A DNA stretch of 64,000 nt from Escherichia coli (GTDB taxonomy: Bacteria > Pseudomonadota > Gammaproteobacteria > Enterobacterales > Enterobacteriaceae): NCBI RefSeq assembly GCF_030384885.1, contig NZ_CP128615.1; one strand, written 5' to 3'. Position numbers and translations under genes: made by a program. Under the pieces are notes generated by a model. That model was not told the origin of the DNA. It saw nothing but the letters and a program-made list of their open reading frames with translations, and made no database searches. Below are positions 39,463 to 47,363 of the stretch, piece by piece (the first letter of the stretch is position 1; each line of letters opens with the position of its first letter).

Positions 39463-40316
39463 GATTTCAGTTTATTACGGATTACCGTGGCTCTCTCTCA
39501 CGTTCACGCATATGTCGTTTGATGGGCGTAACAGATCGTGGTTTACGTGCATGGAAACGCCGTCCTCCATCACTGCGCCAGCGTCGTGATCTTATACTTC
39601 TAGCGCATATACGTGAGCAGCATCGGTTGTGTTTGGGGAGCTATGGTAGGCCGCGTATGACAGAAGAGTTGAAAGCGCTGGGCCTGCAGGTTGGGCAGCG
39701 TCGGGTTGGACGTTTGATGCGCCAGAATAACATTACAGTTGTTCGAACGCGTAAATTCAAACGGACAACGGATAGTCATCATACCTTCAACATTGCACCG
39801 AACCTATTAAAACAAGACTTTAGCGCAAGCGCACCCAACCAGAAATGGGCAGGCGATATCACTTATGTTTGGACCAGAGAAGGATGGGTCTATCTTGCTG
39901 TTATCCTTGACCTGTATTCCCGTCGCGTGATTGGCTGGGCAACAGGTGATCGATTAAAGCAGGATCTTGCATTAAGGGCACTGAATATGGCGTTGGCTTT
40001 ACGCAAACCACCACCGGGTTGTATTCAACACACAGACCGTGGGAGCCAATATTGCGCTCATGAATATCAAAAGCTACTGCTCAAACATCAATTGCTGCCG
40101 TCCATGAGCGGGAAAGGCAATTGTTTTGATAACTCCGCAGTAGAAAGCTTCTTTAAATCATTAAAGGCTGAGTTGATTTGGCGCAGACACTGGCAAACAA
40201 GGCGAGATATTGAGATTGCAATCTTCGAATATATAAATGGCTTTTATAATCCACGCCGAAGACATTCAACACTCGGCTGGAAATCGCCGGTGGCATTTGA
40301 GAAAAAAGCCGCTTAA
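39459..40316 (+). CDS. IS1133 OrfB (DDE integrase core)
   Basis: ...WAGDITYVWT...HTDRGSQYCAHEY...GNCFDNSAVESFF... Confidence 0.85.
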   Translation: MRFQFITDYRGSLSRSRICRLMGVTDRGLRAWKRRPPSLRQRRDLILLAHIREQHRLCLGSYGRPRMTEELKALGLQVGQRRVGRLMRQNNITVVRTRKFKRTTDSHHTFNIAPNLLKQDFSASAPNQKWAGDITYVWTREGWVYLAVILDLYSRRVIGWATGDRLKQDLALRALNMALALRKPPPGCIQHTDRGSQYCAHEYQKLLLKHQLLPSMSGKGNCFDNSAVESFFKSLKAELIWRRHWQTRRDIEIAIFEYINGFYNPRRRHSTLGWKSPVAFEKKAA

Positions 40317-40422
40317 AATGAGAGATAGACCGGAACACAACCGGTGCAAGTCCATAGCAACTCGTTTCTTTTCGCAGGTTGAGCCACCTCCGCGCTTCAT
40401 CAGAAAACTGAAGGAACCTCCA

Positions 40423-41226
40423 TTGAATCGAACTAATATTTTTTTTGGTGAATCGCATTCTGACTGGTTGCCTGTCAGAGGCGGAGAATCTGGTGATTTT
40501 GTTTTTCGACGTGGTGACGGGCATGCCTTCGCGAAAATCGCACCTGCTTCCCGCCGCGGTGAGCTCGCTGGAGAGCGTGACCGCCTCATTTGGCTCAAAG
40601 GTCGAGGTGTGGCTTGCCCCGAGGTGATCAACTGGCAGGAGGAACAGGAGGGTGCATGCTTGGTGATAACGGCAATTCCGGGAGTACCGGCGGCTGATCT
40701 GTCTGGAGCGGATTTGCTCAAAGCGTGGCCGTCAATGGGGCAGCAACTTGGCGCTGTTCACAGCCTATCGGTTGATCAATGTCCGTTTGAGCGCAGGCTG
40801 TCGCGAATGTTCGGACGCGCCGTTGATGTGGTGTCCCGCAATGCCGTCAATCCCGACTTCTTACCGGACGAGGACAAGAGTACGCCGCAGCTCGATCTTT
40901 TGGCTCGTGTCGAACGAGAGCTACCGGTGCGGCTCGACCAAGAGCGCACCGATATGGTTGTTTGCCATGGTGATCCCTGCATGCCGAACTTCATGGTGGA
41001 CCCTAAAACTCTTCAATGCACGGGTCTGATCGACCTTGGGCGGCTCGGAACAGCAGATCGCTATGCCGATTTGGCACTCATGATTGCTAACGCCGAAGAG
41101 AACTGGGCAGCGCCAGATGAAGCAGAGCGCGCCTTCGCTGTCCTATTCAATGTATTGGGGATCGAAGCCCCCGACCGCGAACGCCTTGCCTTCTATCTGC
41201 GATTGGACCCTCTGACTTGGGGTTGA
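40423..41226 (+). CDS. strA: aminoglycoside 3''-phosphotransferase APH(3'')-Ib
   Basis: TTG start giving (M)NRTNIFFGESHSDWLPVRGGESGDFVFRRGDGHAFAKIAP..., 267 aa. The listed ORF start at 40237 is an upstream extension. Confidence 0.95.
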   Translation: MNRTNIFFGESHSDWLPVRGGESGDFVFRRGDGHAFAKIAPASRRGELAGERDRLIWLKGRGVACPEVINWQEEQEGACLVITAIPGVPAADLSGADLLKAWPSMGQQLGAVHSLSVDQCPFERRLSRMFGRAVDVVSRNAVNPDFLPDEDKSTPQLDLLARVERELPVRLDQERTDMVVCHGDPCMPNFMVDPKTLQCTGLIDLGRLGTADRYADLALMIANAEENWAAPDEAERAFAVLFNVLGIEAPDRERLAFYLRLDPLTWG

Positions 41227-42062
41227 TGTTCATGCCGCCTGTTTTTCCTGCTCATTGGCACGTTTCGCAACCTGTTCTCATTGCGGACACCTTTTCCAGC
41301 CTCGTTTGGAAAGTTTCATTGCCAGACGGGACTCCTGCAATCGTCAAGGGATTGAAACCTATAGAAGACATTGCTGATGAACTGCGCGGGGCCGACTATC
41401 TGGTATGGCGCAATGGGAGGGGAGCAGTCCGGTTGCTCGGTCGTGAGAACAATCTGATGTTGCTCGAATATGCCGGGGAGCGAATGCTCTCTCACATCGT
41501 TGCCGAGCACGGCGACTACCAGGCGACCGAAATTGCAGCGGAACTAATGGCGAAGCTGTATGCCGCATCTGAGGAACCCCTGCCTTCTGCCCTTCTCCCG
41601 ATCCGGGATCGCTTTGCAGCTTTGTTTCAGCGGGCGCGCGATGATCAAAACGCAGGTTGTCAAACTGACTACGTCCACGCGGCGATTATAGCCGATCAAA
41701 TGATGAGCAATGCCTCGGAACTGCGTGGGCTACATGGCGATCTGCATCATGAAAACATCATGTTCTCCAGTCGCGGCTGGCTGGTGATAGATCCCGTCGG
41801 TCTGGTCGGTGAAGTGGGCTTTGGCGCCGCCAATATGTTCTACGATCCGGCTGACAGAGACGACCTTTGTCTCGATCCTAGACGCATTGCACAGATGGCG
41901 GACGCATTCTCTCGTGCGCTGGACGTCGATCCGCGTCGCCTGCTCGACCAGGCGTACGCTTATGGGTGCCTTTCCGCAGCTTGGAACGCGGATGGAGAAG
42001 AGGAGCAACGCGATCTAGCTATCGCGGCCGCGATCAAGCAGGTGCGACAGACGTCATACTAG
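41226..42062 (+). CDS. strB: aminoglycoside 6-phosphotransferase APH(6)-Id
   Basis: MFMPPVFPAHWHVSQPVLIADTFSSLVWKV..., 278 aa; overlaps the strA stop. Confidence 0.95.
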   Translation: MFMPPVFPAHWHVSQPVLIADTFSSLVWKVSLPDGTPAIVKGLKPIEDIADELRGADYLVWRNGRGAVRLLGRENNLMLLEYAGERMLSHIVAEHGDYQATEIAAELMAKLYAASEEPLPSALLPIRDRFAALFQRARDDQNAGCQTDYVHAAIIADQMMSNASELRGLHGDLHHENIMFSSRGWLVIDPVGLVGEVGFGAANMFYDPADRDDLCLDPRRIAQMADAFSRALDVDPRRLLDQAYAYGCLSAAWNADGEEEQRDLAIAAAIKQVRQTSY

Positions 42063-42168
42063 ATATCAAGCGACTTCTCCTATCCCCTGGGAACACATCA
42101 ATCTTACCGGAGAATATCGTTGGCCAAAGCCTTAGCGTAGGATTTCGCCCTCTCCCGCAAACGACCCC

Positions 42169-43070
42169 ATAGCCTCCGCAACCTGACCATCGTAGTCACG
42201 CAGCGTCAGTGAACCCCCGAACAGCTGTTTTACCCGGTACATCGCCGTTTCCGCTATCGAGCGACGGTTGTAATCTGTTGTCCATTTCCACCGCGCATTA
42301 CTCCCGGTCATTCGCTGATTAGCCACTGCACGGTTACGGTCTGCATATTCACCGGGCCAGTAACCCGCACCTTTTCGGGGAGGGATAAGCGCGCTGATTT
42401 TCTTACGCCGCAGTTCATCGTGACAGAGCCGGGTGTCGTAAGCGCCGTCTGCCGATGCTGCCCTGATTTTTCTGTGAGTCTGCCGGATAAGACCCGGGAA
42501 GGCTTCTGAGTCCGTCACATTGTTCAGCGACAGGTCTGCACAGATGATTTCATGTGTGTTGCTGTCAACTGCCAGATGCAACTTTCGCCATATACGACGG
42601 CGTTCCTGGCCATGCTTTTTGACTTTCCACTCGCCTTCACCAAAGACCTTCAGCCCGGTGGAATCAATCACCAGATGCGCGATTTCACCCCGGGTGAACG
42701 TTTTGAAACTGACGTTAACCGACTTTGCCCGCCTGCTGACACAGCTGTAATCCGGGCAGCGTAGCGGAACGTTCATCAGAGAAAAAATGGAATCAATAAA
42801 GCCCTGCGCAGCGCGCAGGGTCAGCCTGAATACGCGTTTAATGACCAGCACAGTCGTGATGGCAAGGTCAGAATAGCGCTGAGGTCTGCCTCGTGAAGAA
42901 GGTGTTGCTGACTCATACCAGGCCTGAATAGCTTCATCATCCAGCCAGAAAGTTATGGAGCCACGGTTGATGAGGGCTTTATTGTAGGTGGGCCAGTTGG
43001 TTATTTTGAACTTTTGCTTTGCCACGGAACGGTCTGCGTTGTCGGGAAGATGCGTGATCTGATCCTTCAA
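42169..43070 (-). pseudogene. IS903 transposase gene disrupted by Tn5393 (last ~22 codons displaced to 35392-35463)
   Basis: ORF identical in type to 44181..45149 until ...DGQVAEAM, then runs into the Tn5393 inverted repeat. Confidence 0.85.
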
Positions 43071-43406
43071 CTCAGCAAAAGTTCGATTTATTCAACAAAG
43101 CCCATTCAGTCCTCAATTTGTGCATTTTTTAAACGAAAAAAGGGTGTCTAATACGGTGAAATCATAGTATTACCAAAGTAATAAATAAAAAGTTATTTAA
43201 ATCAGTAATTTAGATTTGATTTGTAATACCTGGGTAATACCGCAGCATGGCTAAATTTTGTTTTTTTTCTTTTAAATCAGTGCGATAGCGTGATTTATCA
43301 CGCTGCGTTAGGTGTATAGCAGGTTAAGGGATAAAAAATCATCTTTTTTTGGTAGGGCGATCTCCGTAGGTTAAGGGGCATTTGGCTAAAAAGCGTCCTA
43401 TTCTTT

Positions 43407-43430
43407 GATGGTCATGCTTGCATGACCATC
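43407..43430. repeat. perfect 24-bp palindrome GATGGTCATGC-TT-GCATGACCATC
   Basis: 11-bp perfect arms immediately upstream of the 11-bp repeat clusters. Confidence 0.8.
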
Positions 43431-43440
43431 TGAGCAACCA

Positions 43441-43592
43441 AAAACTACAGATAAACTACAGATAAACTACAAAAAACGTTTTGCCTTAGTGTTGTAAGAC
43501 TACAAATAGACTACAATAAAACTACAAATAAACTACAAAAAACGTGACAGACTACAAATAGACTACAATAAAACTACAGATAAACTACAAAA
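43441..43592 (+). repeat. eleven 11-bp-phased direct repeats (A/G)ACTACA(A/G)AT(A), in clusters of 3+4+4; centromere/operator-like
   Basis: AAACTACAGAT AAACTACAGAT AAACTACAAAA ... AGACTACAAAT AGACTACAATA AAACTACAAAT AAACTACAAAA ... (repeated). Confidence 0.8.
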
Positions 43593-43597
43593 CTCGA

Positions 43598-43626
43598 TTG
43601 ACCCCTTCTTACGAGTGTTGTAGAGT
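43598..43626 (+). promoter_or_regulatory. sigma70-like promoter TTGACC-17-TAGAGT
   Basis: Directly follows the last repeat cluster, 25 nt before the GGAGGGGG RBS of the small ORF. Confidence 0.5.
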
Positions 43627-43650
43627 CATTTTCATACAACGGAGGGGGTT

Positions 43651-43830
43651 ATGAATAAACCAGCAGATCTGAAACCCCGCAACTTATCGGCTGCTGTCAG
43701 ATTGCGCCTAAATGAAATCGAGAACTGGCTGGACAGAGGGCTAACGCGGCATGAAATTGCTGAAATCCTCGACAGCGAATACAGCTTTTCGGTAACAGCC
43801 AAAGGGCTTGAGATGGATGGCACTGTATAG
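43651..43830 (+). CDS. small (59 aa) putative DNA-binding protein (StbA/ParR-like role suspected)
   Basis: Strong RBS; MNKPADLKPRNLSAAVRLRLNEIENWLDRGLTRHEIAEILD... (HTH-like). Not in the ORF track (<60 aa). Confidence 0.5.
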   Translation: MNKPADLKPRNLSAAVRLRLNEIENWLDRGLTRHEIAEILDSEYSFSVTAKGLEMDGTV

Positions 43831-44041
43831 AACGCGGCAAAACCGAAAAAATGTATTGCACAATACGCATGATAAGAGTAGCGCGAAGGGTGCAGCGGAA
43901 AGTGTATTGCACAATACACAACCGTCTGAGCCTGAAGTGCAGGAAAGTAAAAAAGCAGAGAGTCCCGGCATTATTGATAAAGAATTCTTCAAGAAAATCG
44001 GTGAGAATTTCGACCCTAAGAAGTTCAACAAAAAATTCTGA
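43817..44041 (+). CDS. small Lys-rich ORF overlapping the previous one (or its frameshifted C-terminal half)
   Basis: Ends 8 nt before the next ATG, whose GAGGTG RBS overlaps this ORF's stop. Contains two copies of GTATTG-CA-CAATAC. Confidence 0.35.
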   Translation: MALYRTRQNRKNVLHNTHDKSSAKGAAESVLHNTQPSEPEVQESKKAESPGIIDKEFFKKIGENFDPKKFNKKF

Positions 44042-44049
44042 GGTGATTT

Positions 44050-44124
44050 ATGAAAGTAGCGGTAATTAATTACAGTGGCAGTGTTCGTAAAACCTTAATT
44101 TCATCTTACCTGTTAGCCCCGCGC
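44050..44124 (+). pseudogene. first 25 codons of a ParA/StbB-like P-loop ATPase, cut by IS903
   Basis: MKVAVINYSGSVRKTLISSYLLAPR (deviant Walker-A-like position), then the IS903 inverted repeat. Confidence 0.45.
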
Positions 44125-45181
44125 GGCTTTGTTGAATAAATCAGATTTCGGGTAAGTCTCCCCCGTAGCGGGTTGTGTTTTCAGGCAATACGCACGCTTT
44201 CAGGCATACCTGCTTTCGTCATTTTGTTCAGCGCTCGTACCAGGGCCATAGCCTCTGCAACCTGACCATCGTAGTCACGCAGTGTCAGTGAACCTCCGAA
44301 CAGCTGTTTTACCCGGTACATCGCCGTTTCCGCTATCGAGCGACGGTTGTAATCTGTTGTCCATTTCCACCGCGCATTACTCCCGGTCAGCCGCTGATTC
44401 GCAACAGCACGGTTACGGTCTGCATATTCACCGGGCCAGTAACCCGCGCCTTTTCGGGGCGGGATAAGCGCGCTGATTTTCTTACGCCGCAGTTCATCGT
44501 GACAGAGTTGGGTGTCGTAAGCGCCGTCTGCCGATGCTGCCCTGATTTTTCTGTGAGTCTGCCGGATAAGACCCGGGAAGGCTTCTGAGTCCGTCACATT
44601 GTTCAGCGACAGGTTTGCACAGATGATTTCATGTGTGTTGCTGTCAACTGCCAGATGCAACTTTCGCCATATACGACGGCGTTCCTGGCCATGCTTTTTG
44701 ACTTTCCATTCGCCTTCACCAAAGACCTTCAGCCCGGTGGAATCAATCACCAGATGCGCGATTTCACCCCGGGTGAACGTTTTGAAACTGACATTAACCG
44801 ACTTTGCGCGCTTGCTGACACTGGTGTAATCCGGGCAGCGCAACGGAACATTCATCAGTGTAAAAATGGAATCAATAAAACCCTGTGCAGCCCGCAGGGT
44901 CAACCTGAACACGCGTTTAATGACCAGAACGGTGGTGATGGCGAGATCAGAATAGCGCTGAGGTCTTCCCCGTGATGAAGGCGTTGCCGACTCATACCAG
45001 GCCTGAATAGCTTCATCATCCAGCCAGAAAGTTATGGAGCCACGGTTGATGAGGGCTTTATTGTAGGTGGGCCAGTTGGTTATTTTGAACTTTTGCTTTG
45101 CCACGGAATGGTCTGCGTTGTCGGGAAGATGCGTGATCTGATCCTTCAACTCAGCAAAAGTTCGATTTATTCAACAAAGCC
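44125..45181 (-). mobile_element. IS903-like element, complete (1057 bp)
   Basis: Both inverted repeats present; same orientation as the split copy; no target duplication. Confidence 0.9.
44181..45149 (-). CDS. IS903/IS5-family transposase
   Basis: 322-aa ORF, near-identical to 23519..24487. Confidence 0.9.
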   Translation of the reverse strand: MKDQITHLPDNADHSVAKQKFKITNWPTYNKALINRGSITFWLDDEAIQAWYESATPSSRGRPQRYSDLAITTVLVIKRVFRLTLRAAQGFIDSIFTLMNVPLRCPDYTSVSKRAKSVNVSFKTFTRGEIAHLVIDSTGLKVFGEGEWKVKKHGQERRRIWRKLHLAVDSNTHEIICANLSLNNVTDSEAFPGLIRQTHRKIRAASADGAYDTQLCHDELRRKKISALIPPRKGAGYWPGEYADRNRAVANQRLTGSNARWKWTTDYNRRSIAETAMYRVKQLFGGSLTLRDYDGQVAEAMALVRALNKMTKAGMPESVRIA

Positions 45182-45672
45182 GTCTGTGTTGTAAAATGGC
45201 GCCGAAAGCCCGGCGTAGCCGGTTGCCGGGCTATAAATTCTGCCACCCTACCCCCTGCCCTGATTAGCCTTAACTCGCGAACAGCAATGAAGAAGTCAAA
45301 GTAATCCCTTTTAACCCCGGTGAGCGGGCTTTACGGCGTTTACGACGTAAAGGGCGTGATTTCCGGGGCCTAAGCGGCGGCAGCTTGCTGCTGACGCTTA
45401 GGGGGATGTTCATCAACTATTTCAGCGACACCAGGGAACTTAACACGGTAGCTGCAAAGCCCTAATCCCGCTCACCGCCACGCAGCTGCCGTACGTCCCC
45501 CACGGGGGTGCGCAGTGCTGCGCGCGGGAACGGCGGCCCGTCTGCGGGACGCGGCGCCGTACTGCGCGTTAGCGGCCGCACGCGGCCGGTTACGGGGGAC
45601 ACTCCGCCATACGACCAGCGACCCGCTGAGCTGCACAATCCACAGATAACACAAGCTACATACATGTCGATA

Positions 45673-46246
45673 TGGGAATCGGCCCACCTTGCCGGGCGCC
45701 GGTGCCGTGTGGAAATCCGCCCACCTTGCCGCGCGCCGGTGCCGTGTGGGAATCCGCCCACCTTGCCGCGCGCCGGTGCCGTGTGGGAATCCGCCCACCT
45801 TGCCGGGCGCCGGTGCTGTGTGGAAATCCGCCCACCTTACCGGGCGCCGGTGCTGTGTGGAAATCCGCCCATCTTGCCGGGCGCCGGTGCCGTGTGGGAA
45901 TCCGCCCACCTTACCGGGCGCCGGTGCCGTGTGGGAATCCGCCCACCTTACCGGGCGCCGGTGCCGTGTGGGAATCCGCCCACCTTACCGGGCGCCGGTG
46001 CTGTGTGGAAATCCGCCCACCTTGCCGCGCGCCGGTGCCGTGTGGGAATCCGCCCACCTTGCCGCGCGCCGGTGCCGTGTGGGAATCCGCCCACCTTGCC
46101 GGGCGCCGGTGCTGTGTGGAAATCCGCCCACCTTACCGGGCGCCGGTGCTGTGTGGAAATCCGCCCATCTTGCCGGGCGCCGGTGCCGTGTGGGAATCCG
46201 CCCACCTTACCGGGCGCCGGTGCTGTGTGGAAATCCGCCCATCTTC
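45673..46246 (+). repeat. 15 full + 1 partial tandem 37-bp iterons TGG(G/A)AATCCGCCCACCTT(G/A)CCG(C/G)GCGCCGGTGC(C/T)GTG
   Basis: Units start every 37 bp from 45673 to 46228. Units 2-6 are repeated as units 10-14 (296-bp higher-order duplication). Confidence 0.9.
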
Positions 46247-46292
46247 ATGACAAAAATTTGTCAAATGACAGGCTCATGTGTGCTGATTTATG

Positions 46293-46595
46293 TCAGACGG
46301 GATTTTGCTTATCAATTATTGAGAACAGAAATTTTCCTGAATCATCAATACTATACTTAGCAAGTAAAGGTGTTTTCTCATTTATCTGCTTGAGTGCAGG
46401 ATCAAGGAAAGATCGTTTCAACTCTGCCAAGTTCTTCTGCTGGGATTCCGGTAAGACGAAACGGTCATTTAACCAAGCATGAGTAGTAACCCATAAGCCT
46501 GAAGATTTGAATTGAGCAAGACTTTCATAAAGGCGGATCGTCCGGGGATTTCGAAGACTGCCACAATCGCGGAGCGAGTAGGTGGTGAACTGGTT
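46293..46595 (-). pseudogene. 3' third of a second Rep_3/RepE-like initiator gene, truncated by IS1
   Basis: Minus-strand NQFTTYSLRDCGSLRNPRTIRLYESLAQFKSSGLWVTTHAWLNDRFVLPESQQKNLAELKRSFLDPALKQINEKTPL... aligns with the C-terminus of the Rep at 54177-54899. Confidence 0.8.
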
Positions 46596-46610
46596 GGTAA
46601 TGACTCCAAC

Positions 46611-47114
46611 TTACTGATAGTGTTTTATGTTCAGATAATGCCCGATGACTTTGTCATGCAGCGCCACCGATTTTGAGAACGACAGTGACTTCCTGCCCAG
46701 CCTTGCCAGATGCTGCCTCAGATTCTGGTTATGCCGCTCAATTCGCTGCGTATATCGCTTGCTGATAACGTGCAGTTCTCCCTTCAGGCGGGATTCATAA
46801 AGCGGCCAGCCATCCGTCATCCATACCACGACCTCAAAGGCCGACAGCAGGCCCGGAAGACGCTCCAGCGTGGCCAGAGTACGCTCACCAAAGACGCGTG
46901 CCACCACCGTCCTGCACATCCTGCCATAGGCGTAAAATAACCAGCGCTGACGTGATTTAGCCCCGACGTAGCCCCACTGTTCGTCCATTTCCGCGCAGAC
47001 AATGACGTCACTGCCCGGTTGTATGCGTGAGGTTACCGACTGCGGTCTGAGTTTTTTAAGTGACGTAAAATCGTGTTGAGGCCAACGCCCATAATGCGGG
47101 CGGTTGCCCGGCAT
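46611..47114 (-). CDS. insB: IS1 InsB frame
   Basis: 167-aa ORF. Confidence 0.85.
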   Translation of the reverse strand: MPGNRPHYGRWPQHDFTSLKKLRPQSVTSRIQPGSDVIVCAEMDEQWGYVGAKSRQRWLFYAYGRMCRTVVARVFGERTLATLERLPGLLSAFEVVVWMTDGWPLYESRLKGELHVISKRYTQRIERHNQNLRQHLARLGRKSLSFSKSVALHDKVIGHYLNIKHYQ

Positions 47115-47308
47115 CCAACGCCATTCATGGCCATATCAATGATTTTCTGGTGCGTACCGGGCTGAGAGGCGGTGTAAGTGAACTGTAGCTGCCATGTTTT
47201 ACGGCAGTGAGAGCAGAGATAGCGCTGATGTCCGGCAGTACTTTTACCGTTACGCACCACGCCTTCAGTAGCTGAGCAGGAGGGACAACTGATGGAGATG
47301 GAAGCCAC
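47033..47308 (-). CDS. insA: IS1 InsA
   Basis: [37 protein letters not shown]... Confidence 0.85.
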   Translation of the reverse strand: MASISISCPSCSATEGVVRNGKSTAGHQRYLCSHCRKTWQLQFTYTASQPGTHQKIIDMAMNGVGCRATARIMGVGLNTILRHLKNSDRSR

Positions 47309-47363
47309 TGGAGCACCTCAAAGACACCATCGTACACTAAATCAGTAAGTTGGCACCATTATC

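Larger units (their letters stand above)
39123..40354 (+). mobile_element. IS1133 (IS3 family, 1232 bp)
   Basis: Inverted repeats TGGACTTGCCTCGGTTTCGTTCCGGTCT / ...AGACCGGAACACAACCGGTGCAAGTCCA; TAG direct repeat on both sides. Confidence 0.9.
35464..42168 (-). mobile_element. Tn5393 (6705 bp): tnpA, res, tnpR, IS1133, strA, strB
   Basis: Inverted repeats GGGGTCGTTTGCGGGAGGGGGCGGAATCCTACGCTAAGG at 35464 and inverse ending at 42168. Flanked by direct ATAGC (35459-35463 and 42169-42173). Confidence 0.9.
35336..43101 (-). mobile_element. IS903-like copy split by Tn5393 (parts 35336-35463 and 42169-43101)
   Basis: Both IS903 inverted repeats are present. Sequence is collinear with the copy at 44125-45181 except for the 6705-bp insert and the 5-bp duplication. 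Confidence 0.85.
46596..47363 (-). mobile_element. IS1, complete (768 bp)
   Basis: GGTAATGACTCCAACTTACTGAT at 46596 and the inverse IR ending at 47363; no target duplication. Confidence 0.9.

Noticed and set aside
40237-40422. Extended strA ORF (329 aa) and extended tetA (27574-27648), tetR (27652-27678) and strB (41217-41225) starts
   Set aside because: The known proteins begin at internal TTG, GTG or ATG codons. The strA extension runs from the IS1133 right end into the short spacer upstream of strA. The tetA and tetR extensions cross the tet operator region.
45673-46246. Could the 36/37-bp repeat arrays (also 53711-54120) be CRISPR arrays?
   Set aside because: The repeats are contiguous or separated only by two alternating conserved spacers. 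There are no unique spacers and no cas genes. They sit next to Rep_3 genes and share a core with the ori iterons, so they are iterons.
45462-46482. Long ORFs on both strands (up to 324 aa) with repetitive PCRAPVPCGNPPTLPGAGAVWESAHL-type sequence
   Set aside because: They are read-through translations of the 37-bp tandem iterons. 37 is not a multiple of 3, so all three frames cycle. There is no RBS or non-repeat domain.
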